64,000 nucleotides of DNA, taken from a bacterium (lineage in GTDB: Bacteria; UBA8248; JACPRG01; G963555815). Below the pieces are notes generated by a model. It was not told the DNA's origin, did no database searches, and was given only the letters and a program-made list of their open reading frames with translations. Made by a program: the position numbers and the translations under genes. Shown piece by piece: positions 49,957-59,689 of this stretch. The stretch is taken from positions 224,001 through 288,000 of the forward strand of contig OZ244653.1 of the NCBI GenBank assembly GCA_965218795.1, written 5' to 3'. Numbering within the stretch: the stretch's first letter is position 1; each line of letters starts with the position of its first letter.

Positions 49957-50772
49957 ATGGCAAACGGTGACCCATGGGCCCTGATTCTCGGAGCCTCCAG
50001 CGGATTCGGCGGAGCGACGGCCAAGGCCCTCGCCCGGGACGGCATGAACATCATCGGCGTTCATCTCGACCGCAAGAAGACCCTGGCCCACGCGGAGGCC
50101 ATCCGGGACGAAATCCTGGAGATGAATCGAAAGGTCCTTTTCTTCAACATGAACGCCGCCGACCCGGAAAAACGGACCGAGGCGTTGGACGACGTCCATT
50201 CGGCCTTCGACGAGGCGGGGGGCGGAAACATCAAAGTCATGCTCCACTCCCTGGCTTTTGGAACCCTTCGGCTCTATATCGCGGACGACCCCTCGGAGTC
50301 CCTGAGCCAGAAGCAGATGGAGATGACCCTCGACGTCATGGCCCACAGCCTCGTCTACTGGACGCAGGACCTCGTCCACCGGGGCCTGATGGGGAAGGGC
50401 GGCAAGGTCTTCGCCATGACGAGCGAAGGCGGGCACCGCGTCATCCCCCACTATGGCGCGGTCTCCGCCGCGAAGGCCGCGCTGGAATCCCACATCCGCC
50501 AACTGGCCGCCGAGCTGGCGCCGCGCGGCATCACCGCCAACTCCATTCGCGCGGGCGTGACGGACACACCGGCCTTGCGGATGATCCCCGGCCATGAGCT
50601 GATGCTCGAGGCGACCCGGCAGCGAAACCCCGGCGGGCGTTTGACGACGCCGGAGGACATCGCCTCGGCGATCGTGCTCCTCTGCAAGGACGGCGCGGAT
50701 TGGATGACGGGCAACATCATCGGCGTGGACGGCGGCGAGGACATCGTCGGCTTCGGCAGGGACCCCAGGTGA
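49957..50772 (+). CDS. SDR oxidoreductase (FabL-like enoyl-ACP reductase)
   Basis: ALILGASSGFG, YGAVSAAKAALE, GVTDTPAL; GGAGGAG RBS. Confidence 0.82.
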   Translation: MANGDPWALILGASSGFGGATAKALARDGMNIIGVHLDRKKTLAHAEAIRDEILEMNRKVLFFNMNAADPEKRTEALDDVHSAFDEAGGGNIKVMLHSLAFGTLRLYIADDPSESLSQKQMEMTLDVMAHSLVYWTQDLVHRGLMGKGGKVFAMTSEGGHRVIPHYGAVSAAKAALESHIRQLAAELAPRGITANSIRAGVTDTPALRMIPGHELMLEATRQRNPGGRLTTPEDIASAIVLLCKDGADWMTGNIIGVDGGEDIVGFGRDPR

Positions 50773-50794
50773 GCTTCGCCCGGGGGGAATCGAA

Positions 50795-51244
50795 TTGAGC
50801 CCGCGCCCCGTCCGGGACACGCCGGATGTCTACGCTGATCCCATTACGTTTCCGGAGAAGGCGCGCGAGGGCGTCACGCTGTTCAACCGGCGTGAGTACT
50901 GGGAATCCCACGAGGCCTGGGAGGACATCTGGCGTGAGGGGAACCCCACCGAACGGCTCTTTTATCAAGGTCTCATTCAGGTGGCGGCGGGTTTCGTAAA
51001 GATCCAGAAGGTCTGGCACGCGCCGGCCGTCTTAAACCTCCAAAAAGGCCTTTCAAAGCTGAAGCTCCTGGATAACCCCGATGTCCCGATCGACTTTGGC
51101 GCCTTTGTGACCGAGGCGCAGGCCGTTTTGGACAAGCTCATCGAGCTCGGCCGGGTTCCCTTCGAGCGGGAAGCGTGGGACTGGTGGCCGAAAATCGATT
51201 ACCTGCCTTCATTTTCTATCACACCAACCGATCGGCTGAAATGA
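50795..51244 (+). CDS. DUF309-family protein
   Basis: GVTLFNRREYWESHEAWEDIW...FYQGLIQVA. Confidence 0.8.
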   Translation: MSPRPVRDTPDVYADPITFPEKAREGVTLFNRREYWESHEAWEDIWREGNPTERLFYQGLIQVAAGFVKIQKVWHAPAVLNLQKGLSKLKLLDNPDVPIDFGAFVTEAQAVLDKLIELGRVPFEREAWDWWPKIDYLPSFSITPTDRLK

Positions 51245-51318
51245 GCCAGCCGATGGATCGGCATCGTTGAATACTTCCAGCTCGTTGAGACCGATTCCAG
51301 CCCGTCTTCGCCATCGTC

Positions 51319-51469
51319 TTGGACGGGTTGGGGGCGTCCACGCTCTGAGCCGGATCCGTCCGGAACATGATCGCGGTGACGATTGGCAACATCATCGGCG
51401 GGACGCTGCAGGTCGGCCGGAGTGTACTGGCTGGCCTGCTTGCGCGGAGAACGAAATCAGGGGGCGTGA
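51319..51469 (+). pseudogene. formate/nitrite transporter (FNT) 3'-end remnant
   Basis: RNMIAVTIGNIIGGTLQV, then frameshift to AGVYWLACLR; upstream in-frame TGA. Confidence 0.55.
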
Positions 51470-51589
51470 GCGCCACAGTGGGACAACGGGCCCACCGAAC
51501 ATAATGGCGGCCTCCGGGATACGGGGGCCGCTATTATGTTTCAGGGAATGTTCTAAGAGAAATCGGGCCTTCGTTCATCCCTTCCGAAT

Positions 51590-52516
51590 CTAAGCGACGG
51601 GGACCGTCGTCGCCTCCAGAATCGCCTGCAGGGCTTTCCGCTCCTCGCCGGAGATTTCCGGCAGAGGCGCCCGCACACGCGCGGTCTCCATCCGGCCCGC
51701 CCAGACCAGGCCCTCTTTCAATCTGGGGATGGCCTTGATCATCGGCGGAGCAAAAAGCGCATTGGCCGCGGGGGCGAGCCGGTCGTTGATGGACTTGGCC
51801 CGGTTGATGTCCCCGCTCTGGACCGCCTCGAACATCTCCACGATCATCTCCGGGAACAGGGTGTGCAGCACCAGGAGGGTCCCCTCCGCTCCCGCCAGGA
51901 AATTGTAGAACAGGATGGTGTCGTTCCCCGTGAGGACCTGGATGTCGCGGCTGGAATCCTGCACGGCCTTCAGGTTCGCCTCGAACCCTTGGGTGTTCCA
52001 CATAGTGTCCTTGATGCCGATGACGCCGGGGGCCTCGCACAAGCGTCCCACGATCTCCGGCGTGTAATGAACGCCGGCGTACGCGCCCGTGACGAAATAG
52101 ATGATGGGGACCCGACCCTCCTCGGCCACGGTTGCCGTGTATCGGTACACGTCCTCCGGGCCGATCCCCCAGGTGAACCAGCTGGGTCCCAGAAGCATGA
52201 CGGCGTCGGCCCCGGCCTCTCCGGCTTCCCGGGCCATCTCGACGGCCGCCTCGGTCGTCGCCGGGGAGGGCGAGATCGCCGCGACGGTCGTGAATCCGCC
52301 CGCCCGGGCTGCCTCGACGGCCAGCTCGATGACCTCCTGGCGTTCGAGCCGAGTGAGCGAATCCCCCTCGCCCGCGTGGGCGTTGACGACGAGACCGGTC
52401 ATCAGCCCCGTATCGAGAAGGAAATCCATCTGGGACCGCAGTCCGCCCGAGTCGATCTTTCCGTCGTCCCGGAACGGCACGACACAAGCCGCGAGATGAC
52501 GATATGCATTGGTCAT
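51590..52516 (-). CDS. DHDPS-family aldolase/lyase
   Basis: VVPFRDDG, NAHAGE, IGIKDT, LTGND; AGGAG RBS. Confidence 0.85.
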   Translation of the reverse strand: MTNAYRHLAACVVPFRDDGKIDSGGLRSQMDFLLDTGLMTGLVVNAHAGEGDSLTRLERQEVIELAVEAARAGGFTTVAAISPSPATTEAAVEMAREAGEAGADAVMLLGPSWFTWGIGPEDVYRYTATVAEEGRVPIIYFVTGAYAGVHYTPEIVGRLCEAPGVIGIKDTMWNTQGFEANLKAVQDSSRDIQVLTGNDTILFYNFLAGAEGTLLVLHTLFPEMIVEMFEAVQSGDINRAKSINDRLAPAANALFAPPMIKAIPRLKEGLVWAGRMETARVRAPLPEISGEERKALQAILEATTVPVA

Positions 52517-52559
52517 ATCCGCCGTGTTCTCCTGTTGGGTTCGGCCTGTCCTTTGCGTC

Positions 52560-53594
52560 CTACCAAGCCGTCCGGCTGGGGAACAGCTTCGGCAGGAAGC
52601 TGTTCGTGTAGAGTTCACTGACCGGGACGTTTTTCTTGATGTTGAACGCGTCAAAGGTGGTATCCCGCGTGAGCTTGGCCTTCGCGTCGTTCATGTGGCC
52701 GAGTCCGTGGGTCCGTTGATACGGGGTCAGCATATGGTTGACGACAATCCGCCACACCCTTCTTTCGGTCATTTCGTTGAGGGCGCCCCGGTTCTTGATC
52801 AGATCCTTGACGCCGCCTGCGGGGTCCTCGATCGCGTAGGCGATTCCCCGCCATGAAGCCTCCACGAATTTCCGCAGTCTATTCGGGTTGTCCATGATGG
52901 ACTTGTCGCTTGCGATCATCGTGATGGAGTACAGGTCCAGCCCATGGTCGCTGAACAGGATCGGAACGATGCCCACGCCGCTTTTCTCGGCCTTGGGGAT
53001 GAACTTGGGCCCAACGGTGGAGAAGGTCGCGATGGAATCCACTTTTCCGCTGATGACCGCGGAGGACAGAGCCGAGGCGGGCATGTTCACCCAGGTCACT
53101 TTGCCAGGGTCGATGTCGTTGAGCTTCGCAAGGGCCGGAAAGGTCGATCTCAGTGCGGAGACCTTCGGTGCCCCGATGGTCCGGCCTTCCAGGTCTTTGG
53201 GTTTCCGGATGCCTTTATCCGCCCGCGTGTAGATGACGTTCACGCTCCGGTCCAGGAGGACGCCCAGGGCCTTGATGTCCATCCCGCCCGTGACGCGGCC
53301 GCGTATGACCGCCGGGAAATCCGAGAGACCGAGGTCGCCGACGCCCGAGGCGATCTTCTTGGCCGTATCAGAGGAACCGTATCCCCGGTCGAGGGTGACG
53401 TCGAACCCGGCCGCCTTGTAGAACCCGCGCTCCTGAGCGGCATAGAATCCGGTGTGCAGGGCGTAGGGGATCCAGTTGAAGATGAAACGGACCTTTTCCG
53501 CGCTCACCGCCGTGCCCGGTGTCGTAATCGACCCCGCCAGGAAAAAGAGAAGCGCGAATGCGGCTATCGTTGCGGCAAGTTTTCTCTTCCTCAT
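52560..53594 (-). CDS. ABC transporter substrate-binding protein (NMT1/THI5-like)
   Basis: signal peptide, FNWIPYALHTGFY, RGYGS, PKDLEGRTIG. Confidence 0.85.
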   Translation of the reverse strand: MRKRKLAATIAAFALLFFLAGSITTPGTAVSAEKVRFIFNWIPYALHTGFYAAQERGFYKAAGFDVTLDRGYGSSDTAKKIASGVGDLGLSDFPAVIRGRVTGGMDIKALGVLLDRSVNVIYTRADKGIRKPKDLEGRTIGAPKVSALRSTFPALAKLNDIDPGKVTWVNMPASALSSAVISGKVDSIATFSTVGPKFIPKAEKSGVGIVPILFSDHGLDLYSITMIASDKSIMDNPNRLRKFVEASWRGIAYAIEDPAGGVKDLIKNRGALNEMTERRVWRIVVNHMLTPYQRTHGLGHMNDAKAKLTRDTTFDAFNIKKNVPVSELYTNSFLPKLFPSRTAW

Positions 53595-54087
53595 AACATT
53601 TCCTCCTTCAATGCATTATCATCCATTTGCGATGGCAATCAGATCTTTACGGATTTTCTGAATCTTACGCTAGTTTCAGAGAAATTAGAAATCCCAACAA
53701 CGTCGGAGGAGCGGATCATCTTGGTTTCCCGGGATTGAAAATTCGGACCCGCTGATGCAGAAGCTGCGGAGAACGGCGCACCAACCCCCTGCAACGATAG
53801 TTTCAGGAGGTGTTTCTACAACCTGCGAGGTGGTGTGGACATAACGCGATAACCTGTCCCGCCCCCGTCGCGTTGTCCAGGTTTTCGGCAGAGAGTTTCA
53901 CTGACAGGTTGAATCCGCTCGTGCTGATCACCCCACGAATGTCGATTGTGCTGAGGCCGTCGCGCAGCAGGTGCAGATTCCCCGCGCAGGTTGATCCCTC
54001 GGTCAGAATGACATGGGGGAGCAACCCGAGAGACTTTAGACCGTTGTCCGCACCTTCCATGAGTGAGTCCGTTCTCAAGGGGGGAGG

Positions 54088-55365
54088 CTAGATCTCGACC
54101 ACGGTGATCTCCTCCACCGGCCACTTGGAAAGGATCTCACAGCCGTTCTTCGTGACGTGGAGGACCTCTTCAATGCGGACCCCCTGGCCTTCCCCGTCTC
54201 CGTCCTGGGTTTCGATGGCGAACGTCATGTCTTCCTCGATGGTCATCGGATGCTCCAGCGATATGCCGCGCCAGATCAGCGGGGGCTCATAGAGCGAAAG
54301 GCCGATCCCGTGACCCCAGTGGTTGCCGGCCGTCATGTCCTCGTTGGTCACGCCGATATCGGCCCAGATGGAAGGACCCGGGGGCCACTTATCGGCAATC
54401 TCTTTGGTGGTCACGCCGGGCTTGATGATGTCGATGGCCTCGTACAGCCAGTCGAGGGAGCGTTGGTAAGCCTCTTTTGTGGCCTTTCGGGGCTCGCCGA
54501 CGGAAAAGGTCCGGTAGTAGCAGGTCTTGTATCCGTTCCATGAGGCGTTGAAGACATCCGCGAAGACGACGTCGCGGTAGTTGATCCGACGGTTGGTGTA
54601 GTGCCGGAGGTTCGGCCAGGTGTACGGGCCGGAGGTCAGCAGGCAGCCGGATACGACCTCTCCGCCCAGGCGATAGCACTCCCGTATCATCTCGCCCAGA
54701 AGTTCGCCCTCCGAGACCCCCGGACGGAGGGAGTCGGTGAGGGCGGAGAACATGGCGTCACCAATGGTCGTGGTCGTCCGGATGCACTGAACCTCGTCGG
54801 GCAGCTTGGTCTTGCGCGCCTCCATCAATGCGAGGCCGCCTTCTCCGGAGCATTGGACGCCCTTTTTCTCGAGCGCTGCCATGACGAAGGGGTCATGGAA
54901 GTCCGTGGCCAGCACGTGGTTGTAGACCCCGTGCTTCTTGAGGTCTTCGACGATTTGGTCCACGAACTTTCCGACCTGCTGTTCGTGGGCGCCCGCTCCC
55001 ATGGTCCGGGATATCCAGCCCATACCCGTGATGGCGTACTTGACGTTCTCGTCGCCGAGCCAGGGGGCGAACCGCTTCGTGTGGTACCCGATGTCGCCCT
55101 GCTCATAGAGAATCGGCTGGTCGGCGTCCCGGCAGAGCAGGGCGTAGCGGAGCCCGGAGCTTCCAGTCGTCCATAGCGGGGTATAGGTGGAGGTGATGTA
55201 ACGCGTGTTCCACTCATTGAGCGTCAGGAAGGCCCCGAATTCGTTCTGCTCGAACAAAACCTGCTTGGCGCGCCGGAGCCGCCCTTCCCGGAGGGCCTCC
55301 AGGTTGATCCCCGCAATCCAGTCCACCCGATCCAGGGGAAACGATAGCCCGTAATCTTCTGTCAT
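54088..55365 (-). CDS. M24 (Xaa-Pro peptidase/creatinase/DddP-like) metalloenzyme
   Basis: N-domain NTRYIT; FADV, YKTCYYRTF, GHGIG, AIETQ, VRIEE. Confidence 0.8.
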   Translation of the reverse strand: MTEDYGLSFPLDRVDWIAGINLEALREGRLRRAKQVLFEQNEFGAFLTLNEWNTRYITSTYTPLWTTGSSGLRYALLCRDADQPILYEQGDIGYHTKRFAPWLGDENVKYAITGMGWISRTMGAGAHEQQVGKFVDQIVEDLKKHGVYNHVLATDFHDPFVMAALEKKGVQCSGEGGLALMEARKTKLPDEVQCIRTTTTIGDAMFSALTDSLRPGVSEGELLGEMIRECYRLGGEVVSGCLLTSGPYTWPNLRHYTNRRINYRDVVFADVFNASWNGYKTCYYRTFSVGEPRKATKEAYQRSLDWLYEAIDIIKPGVTTKEIADKWPPGPSIWADIGVTNEDMTAGNHWGHGIGLSLYEPPLIWRGISLEHPMTIEEDMTFAIETQDGDGEGQGVRIEEVLHVTKNGCEILSKWPVEEITVVEI

Positions 55366-55387
55366 GAAGAGTTCTCCCTCATGTGCC

Positions 55388-57007
55388 CTATTGCGGGGAA
55401 GCACCCTGCCGGGATTCCCGCTCTCGTTCGCGGAGCACTCGGCGGAGGATCTTTCCGCTCCCCGTCTTGGGAATGGAATCGATGAACTCCACTTCGCGGA
55501 TTTGCTTGTAGCCCGACACACGTTCCCGGATAAAGGCCATGATTCCCTCCGGATCGGGCTTGGAGGCGGGTTCCGGCACAATGTACGCCTTGGGGATCTC
55601 GCCCGCGTCGGGCTCTGCAACCCCGACGACCGCCGCATCCGCCACCTCCGGGTGCTGGTGCAGGAGGGCTTCGAGTTCGGCCGGCGCGACAGCGAACCCC
55701 TTGAACTTGATCATCTCTTTTTGCCGATCCAGGATGAACACGTAGCCGTCCTCGTCGATTCGGACGATGTCCCCTGTGTGAAGCCAGCCGTCCCGCAGGG
55801 CGAGGGCCGTCTCCTCGGGCGCGTTCCAGTAGCCCTTCATGACCTGAGGTCCGCGGACGATCAACTCGCCCGCCTCGCCGGGCGGCAGCTGCTTTTCTCC
55901 CGTTTCAATGTCGACCACCTTCTGCTCTTCATCGGAGACCGGAGGGCCGACCGACGCCTCCTTCACCCATTCCTCCACCGGCGGATTCATATGGGTCAGC
56001 GGGGAGGCCTCCGTGAGTCCGTACCCCATGAAGGTGAGCACGCCCGTGCGCTCCTGGACCCGCCGGCGGACCTCGGGGGGAAGGGGTGCGGCCCCGCTCA
56101 TGATATAGCGGAGGGAGGAGAGGTCGTGCCGCTCCAAACCGGGATACTGGGTGATGGCCAGCAGGGCGGGCGGGACGCCGTAGAACAGGGTCAGGCGGTG
56201 CCGCTCCACAAGCCGCAGGGCTTCGGCCACGTCGAAACGCTCCATGAGGACCTGGGTCGCGCCGGCCAGAACCAGCCCGCCCATGATCATGGTGCCGTAG
56301 ATGTGATAGAGGGGGAGAAAGACCAAGCCGCTGTCCCGCTCGGTCATCTGGTGGTTTTCGGCGAACTGGACGTAATTCGAGACGAGGTTTCGGTGGGTCA
56401 GCATCACCCCCTTGGGCATCCCCGTCGTCCCGCTGGAGTAGGGCAGTGCGATCAGATCCTCCCACGGGTCGAGCGGAGGCTCGGGCGGAGGGGAGGGGGG
56501 GTGTCCGTCGATCCAGGATTCGAAATCCGGAAACGATTCACTCTTGCCCGCGACGATCACGGTGTGGAGGTCGGGAAGGTCGCCGCGCACCGCTTCAATG
56601 ATCGGCAGCCGGGATTCCTCCACCACGATCAGCTTGGCGCCGGAATCGGATAGCTGGTAGCGGGCTTCGCCCTCCTTGAACGAGGAGTTCAGGGGGGTCA
56701 TGATCGCGCCGGCCTTGGAGCCGCCGAAAAAGGCGATCTCGAACTCGGCCGAGTTCGGCATGAAAAGGGCTATCCGGTCCCCCGGCCGGATTCCCGACGC
56801 CCGAAGCGCGTGAGCGCAGGAATTGGAGATCCCCTCCAGTTCGCGAAAGGTGAGTTCCCTGTCTCCATGTACGAGGGCGGTGTGCTCCGGGTACTTCTCG
56901 GCGGAGGAGCGCAGGAGACCATGAAACGGATATTCCGGATAATCGAGCGGCGGGCGGAAGCCTGGGGGCAGGTTGATGGGGGCTTGCATGCCATTCGTCT
57001 CGTTCAT
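55388..57007 (-). CDS. acyl-CoA ligase (AMP-binding, 4-coumarate-CoA-ligase-like)
   Basis: YSSGTTGMPKG, GYGLTE, WLHTGD, DRQKEMIK, KTGSGKI. Confidence 0.9.
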   Translation of the reverse strand: MNETNGMQAPINLPPGFRPPLDYPEYPFHGLLRSSAEKYPEHTALVHGDRELTFRELEGISNSCAHALRASGIRPGDRIALFMPNSAEFEIAFFGGSKAGAIMTPLNSSFKEGEARYQLSDSGAKLIVVEESRLPIIEAVRGDLPDLHTVIVAGKSESFPDFESWIDGHPPSPPPEPPLDPWEDLIALPYSSGTTGMPKGVMLTHRNLVSNYVQFAENHQMTERDSGLVFLPLYHIYGTMIMGGLVLAGATQVLMERFDVAEALRLVERHRLTLFYGVPPALLAITQYPGLERHDLSSLRYIMSGAAPLPPEVRRRVQERTGVLTFMGYGLTEASPLTHMNPPVEEWVKEASVGPPVSDEEQKVVDIETGEKQLPPGEAGELIVRGPQVMKGYWNAPEETALALRDGWLHTGDIVRIDEDGYVFILDRQKEMIKFKGFAVAPAELEALLHQHPEVADAAVVGVAEPDAGEIPKAYIVPEPASKPDPEGIMAFIRERVSGYKQIREVEFIDSIPKTGSGKILRRVLRERERESRQGASPQ

Positions 57008-57014
57008 GGTCGCG

Positions 57015-58145
57015 CTACTGGATTAGACTCCGCGCGATAACCAGTCTTTGGATTTCAGATGTGCCTTCGTATATTTCGGTGATCTTGGCGTCCCGGTAGT
57101 GGCGCTCGGCGGGGAAGTCGCGGATGTAGCCGTATCCCCCGTGGATCTGAACGTTCCGGTTGGTCGAGCGGACGGCGACTTCGGACGCGTAGAGCTTCGC
57201 CATGGCCGCTTCGCGCCCGAACGGCCTGCCCTGGTCCTTCCATACGGCTGCGCGGTGAGTCATGAGCCGGGCGGCGTCTATCTCCGTCGCCATCTCGGCG
57301 ATCATGAACTGAATGGCCTGGTGTTTCGCGATCGGGCGGCCGAAGGTCTCGCGCTCACGGGAATAGGCGATGGATTCCTCAAGGGCGGCCCGAGCGATTC
57401 CAACCGACTGGGCCCCGACCGTGAGGCGCCCGCCGTCCAGGGCCTCCATCGCAATCCGAAAGCCTCCGCCTTCCTCCCCCAGGATGCAATCACCGGGAAT
57501 TCTGCAATCGAAAACCAGCTCGGCGCAAGAGCTGGCGTTCAGCCCCATTTTCTCCTCGACGCGCGCGACCTCGAAATGGTCCTTCTCCACCAGAAATGCG
57601 CAAAGTCCTTTGTGGGCCTTGGCCCGATCCGTATTGGCGATGAGGACGCAGACGTCCGCCTCCGCTCCGTTGGTGATGAACCGCTTGGTGCCTTTGAGGG
57701 TCCAGCCGTCGCCGTCTCTCCGAGCGATGGTTTTGAGCGCCGCGGCATCGGACCCGGACCCGGGTTCCGTGAGGGCGAAGCAGCCGATCCGCTCTCCCCG
57801 GGCCAGTGGGGGAAGAAGCTCTTCCTTCTGCTTCGGGGTGCCGTGGTCCAGCAGGGGTTCGCAAACGAGGGAGTTGTGGGCGGCCATGATGGCCGCAGTG
57901 GCCGCGCAGGCCCGGCTGATCTCCTCCACGACCAGGGCTTCCGTCAGGCCTCCGCCTCCCCCTCCGCCCAGGTCTTCGGGAATGGCGATTCCCATGAAAC
58001 CGAGCTCGCCCATCCGGGCTACGAGACCGGCGGGAAATCTCTTTTCCCGGTCCAGGTCGTCCGCGCAGGGGCCGAGCTCTCCTTCGGCGAAGTCCCGTGC
58101 GAGGTCGCGGATTAGGCGATCGGATTGAGTCAACTCGAGTTGCAC
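57015..58145 (-). CDS. acyl-CoA dehydrogenase (short-chain type)
   Basis: FALTEPGSGSD, KRFITNG, KMGLNAS, QIHGGYGY, IYEGTSEIQR. Confidence 0.92.
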   Translation of the reverse strand: MQLELTQSDRLIRDLARDFAEGELGPCADDLDREKRFPAGLVARMGELGFMGIAIPEDLGGGGGGGLTEALVVEEISRACAATAAIMAAHNSLVCEPLLDHGTPKQKEELLPPLARGERIGCFALTEPGSGSDAAALKTIARRDGDGWTLKGTKRFITNGAEADVCVLIANTDRAKAHKGLCAFLVEKDHFEVARVEEKMGLNASSCAELVFDCRIPGDCILGEEGGGFRIAMEALDGGRLTVGAQSVGIARAALEESIAYSRERETFGRPIAKHQAIQFMIAEMATEIDAARLMTHRAAVWKDQGRPFGREAAMAKLYASEVAVRSTNRNVQIHGGYGYIRDFPAERHYRDAKITEIYEGTSEIQRLVIARSLIQ

Positions 58146-58244
58146 ATTTCACCTCCCGTTGGAGAGCGTTGGGCGGTGCAACCGGAGGATGAGGGCCGAT
58201 TCCTGTCCATTCTCAGCCTTTGGCGCGTCAATGCGGGGCGAGAC

Positions 58245-59105
58245 TCATTCGTAGTCGTAGAATCCCTTCCCCGTTTTGCGGCCCAATCGGCCGGCCTGGA
58301 CCATTCGCTTGAGCAGCGGAGGAGGGTGAAACGCTTTTTCCCGAAACTCGTTGTACAGGGTCATCGCGGCATTGTAGCAAATGTCCAAACCAACCAGGTC
58401 CATCAGCGTGAAGGGCCCCATGGGGAAGCCGCATCCCAGTCGCATCCCTTTGTCGATGTCCTCCACGCTCGCCACGCCCTCTTCCAGGGACCGGACCGAT
58501 TCCATCAGGTAGGGGATCAGCAGGCGGTCCACGACGAAGCCCGCTTTGTCTTCCGAGGCGATGGCTTCTTTTCCGATGGAACTCACGAAATCCCACGCGG
58601 CCTGAAAAGCCTCCTCGCCGGTCAGGACGGTTCGGACGACTTCCACAAGCTTCATGACGGGAGCCGGGTTGAAGAAGTGCATTCCGACGACCTGTTCCGG
58701 ACGTTGGGTGGCCGCGGCCATCTCCGTGACGCAGAGGGAGGAGGTGTTGGAGGCGAACAGGGTGGACGGTCGGCACAACTCATCGAGCCGGGCGAGGAGG
58801 CGCTTCTTCGCTTCAATGTCCTCGAAGACAGCCTCGATGACGAGGTCCATATCCGAATGACCGCTCAGGGAAGTTCCTATCTCGATCCGCTTCAGAATGT
58901 CGTCCGCCTCCTGGCGGGTGAGCTTTTCCTTTTCGACGGCCTTGGACAGGGCAGACTGGATCGTTCCGAGGCCGCGCTCCAAGGCCCCTTGGGTCGTATC
59001 CGAGACATAGACCTCGTAACCGGCCGCGGCCGTCACCTGGGCGATGCCCGCACCCATCGTGCCGCACCCCACGACTCCGACTCTTTTAATCGTGAACGCG
59101 CCCAT
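58245..59105 (-). CDS. hbd: 3-hydroxybutyryl-CoA dehydrogenase
   Basis: GCGTMGAGIA, EAVFE, SNTSSL, HFFNP, PMGPF, GRKTGKGFY. Confidence 0.88.
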   Translation of the reverse strand: MGAFTIKRVGVVGCGTMGAGIAQVTAAAGYEVYVSDTTQGALERGLGTIQSALSKAVEKEKLTRQEADDILKRIEIGTSLSGHSDMDLVIEAVFEDIEAKKRLLARLDELCRPSTLFASNTSSLCVTEMAAATQRPEQVVGMHFFNPAPVMKLVEVVRTVLTGEEAFQAAWDFVSSIGKEAIASEDKAGFVVDRLLIPYLMESVRSLEEGVASVEDIDKGMRLGCGFPMGPFTLMDLVGLDICYNAAMTLYNEFREKAFHPPPLLKRMVQAGRLGRKTGKGFYDYE

Positions 59106-59397
59106 CGTGGTTCCTCTCTCCGGCATTGGCGCCGGTCGATCCTCCATCCGCACGGATAATACCCAACGGGTGAATGAAGAACCAGCGACCCTCCTGAATC
59201 AGACGGACAAATTCCCGTTCGGGAGATGGATTCGGCTGGCTTAGGCGGACCCAGGCTCAAATCGTGCCTTCTCCACGGATTCACGGTGCTCCTCCCCGGT
59301 AGCGGACTGATGCCTGTTGCAGATGCCGAAACGAACAATGCCGGAATCGCCTACGACCCTGGAGCTCAGCTGTCACATTATCGAAACCTTCTTCGGG

Positions 59398-59426
59398 TTG
59401 ACAGTTGAAATCGCCTGTTTTATATA
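59398..59426 (+). promoter_or_regulatory. sigma70 promoter for the structured RNA
   Basis: TTGACA-N17-TATATA; predicted +1 at ~59433-59434 coincides with the 5' end of the closing stem. Confidence 0.55.
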
Positions 59427-59433
59427 TGTGTTA

Positions 59434-59601
59434 ATCGAACTCGGCTTTGAATCTCCATATGGGGAGACTTGGCGAAGGTGAATGGGGGAACCAAAAACAT
59501 AAAGGCGAGAGAGCACTTCAGGGCCCGTCCGGGCGGCTCTCGGCCTGCAATCCGTCACGGATTGAGCAGTTCCCATCCTGCCTTCGCCCTGCCGTGTCGA
59601 T
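59434..59601 (+). ncRNA. ssrS: probable 6S RNA
   Basis: ~168-nt rod: ATCGAACTCGGC/GCCGTGTCGAT and GGCGAAGG..ATGGG-GGAAC/GTTCCCAT..CCTTCGCC stems; A-rich 5' bubble CAAAAACATAAA; 3' bubble with CAATCCG/CGGATTG hairpin; terminal stem. Confidence 0.6.
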
Positions 59602-59689
59602 AAACCCGTTTTTCCCCATCCAGATTTTCTTCTGTCCATAGCTGGAGACCGCCCTGTGGGCGAGCTCGTCTTGTGCCTGCTTGGGAATC

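Noticed and set aside
53803-54078. 91-aa ORF downstream of the M24 gene
   Set aside because: No recognisable motif; possibly a degenerate remnant but unsupported.
59620-59665. GCTGGAGACCGCC as a cobalamin riboswitch box
   Set aside because: The upstream B12-element core motifs are absent, and the structure fits a 6S-like rod better.
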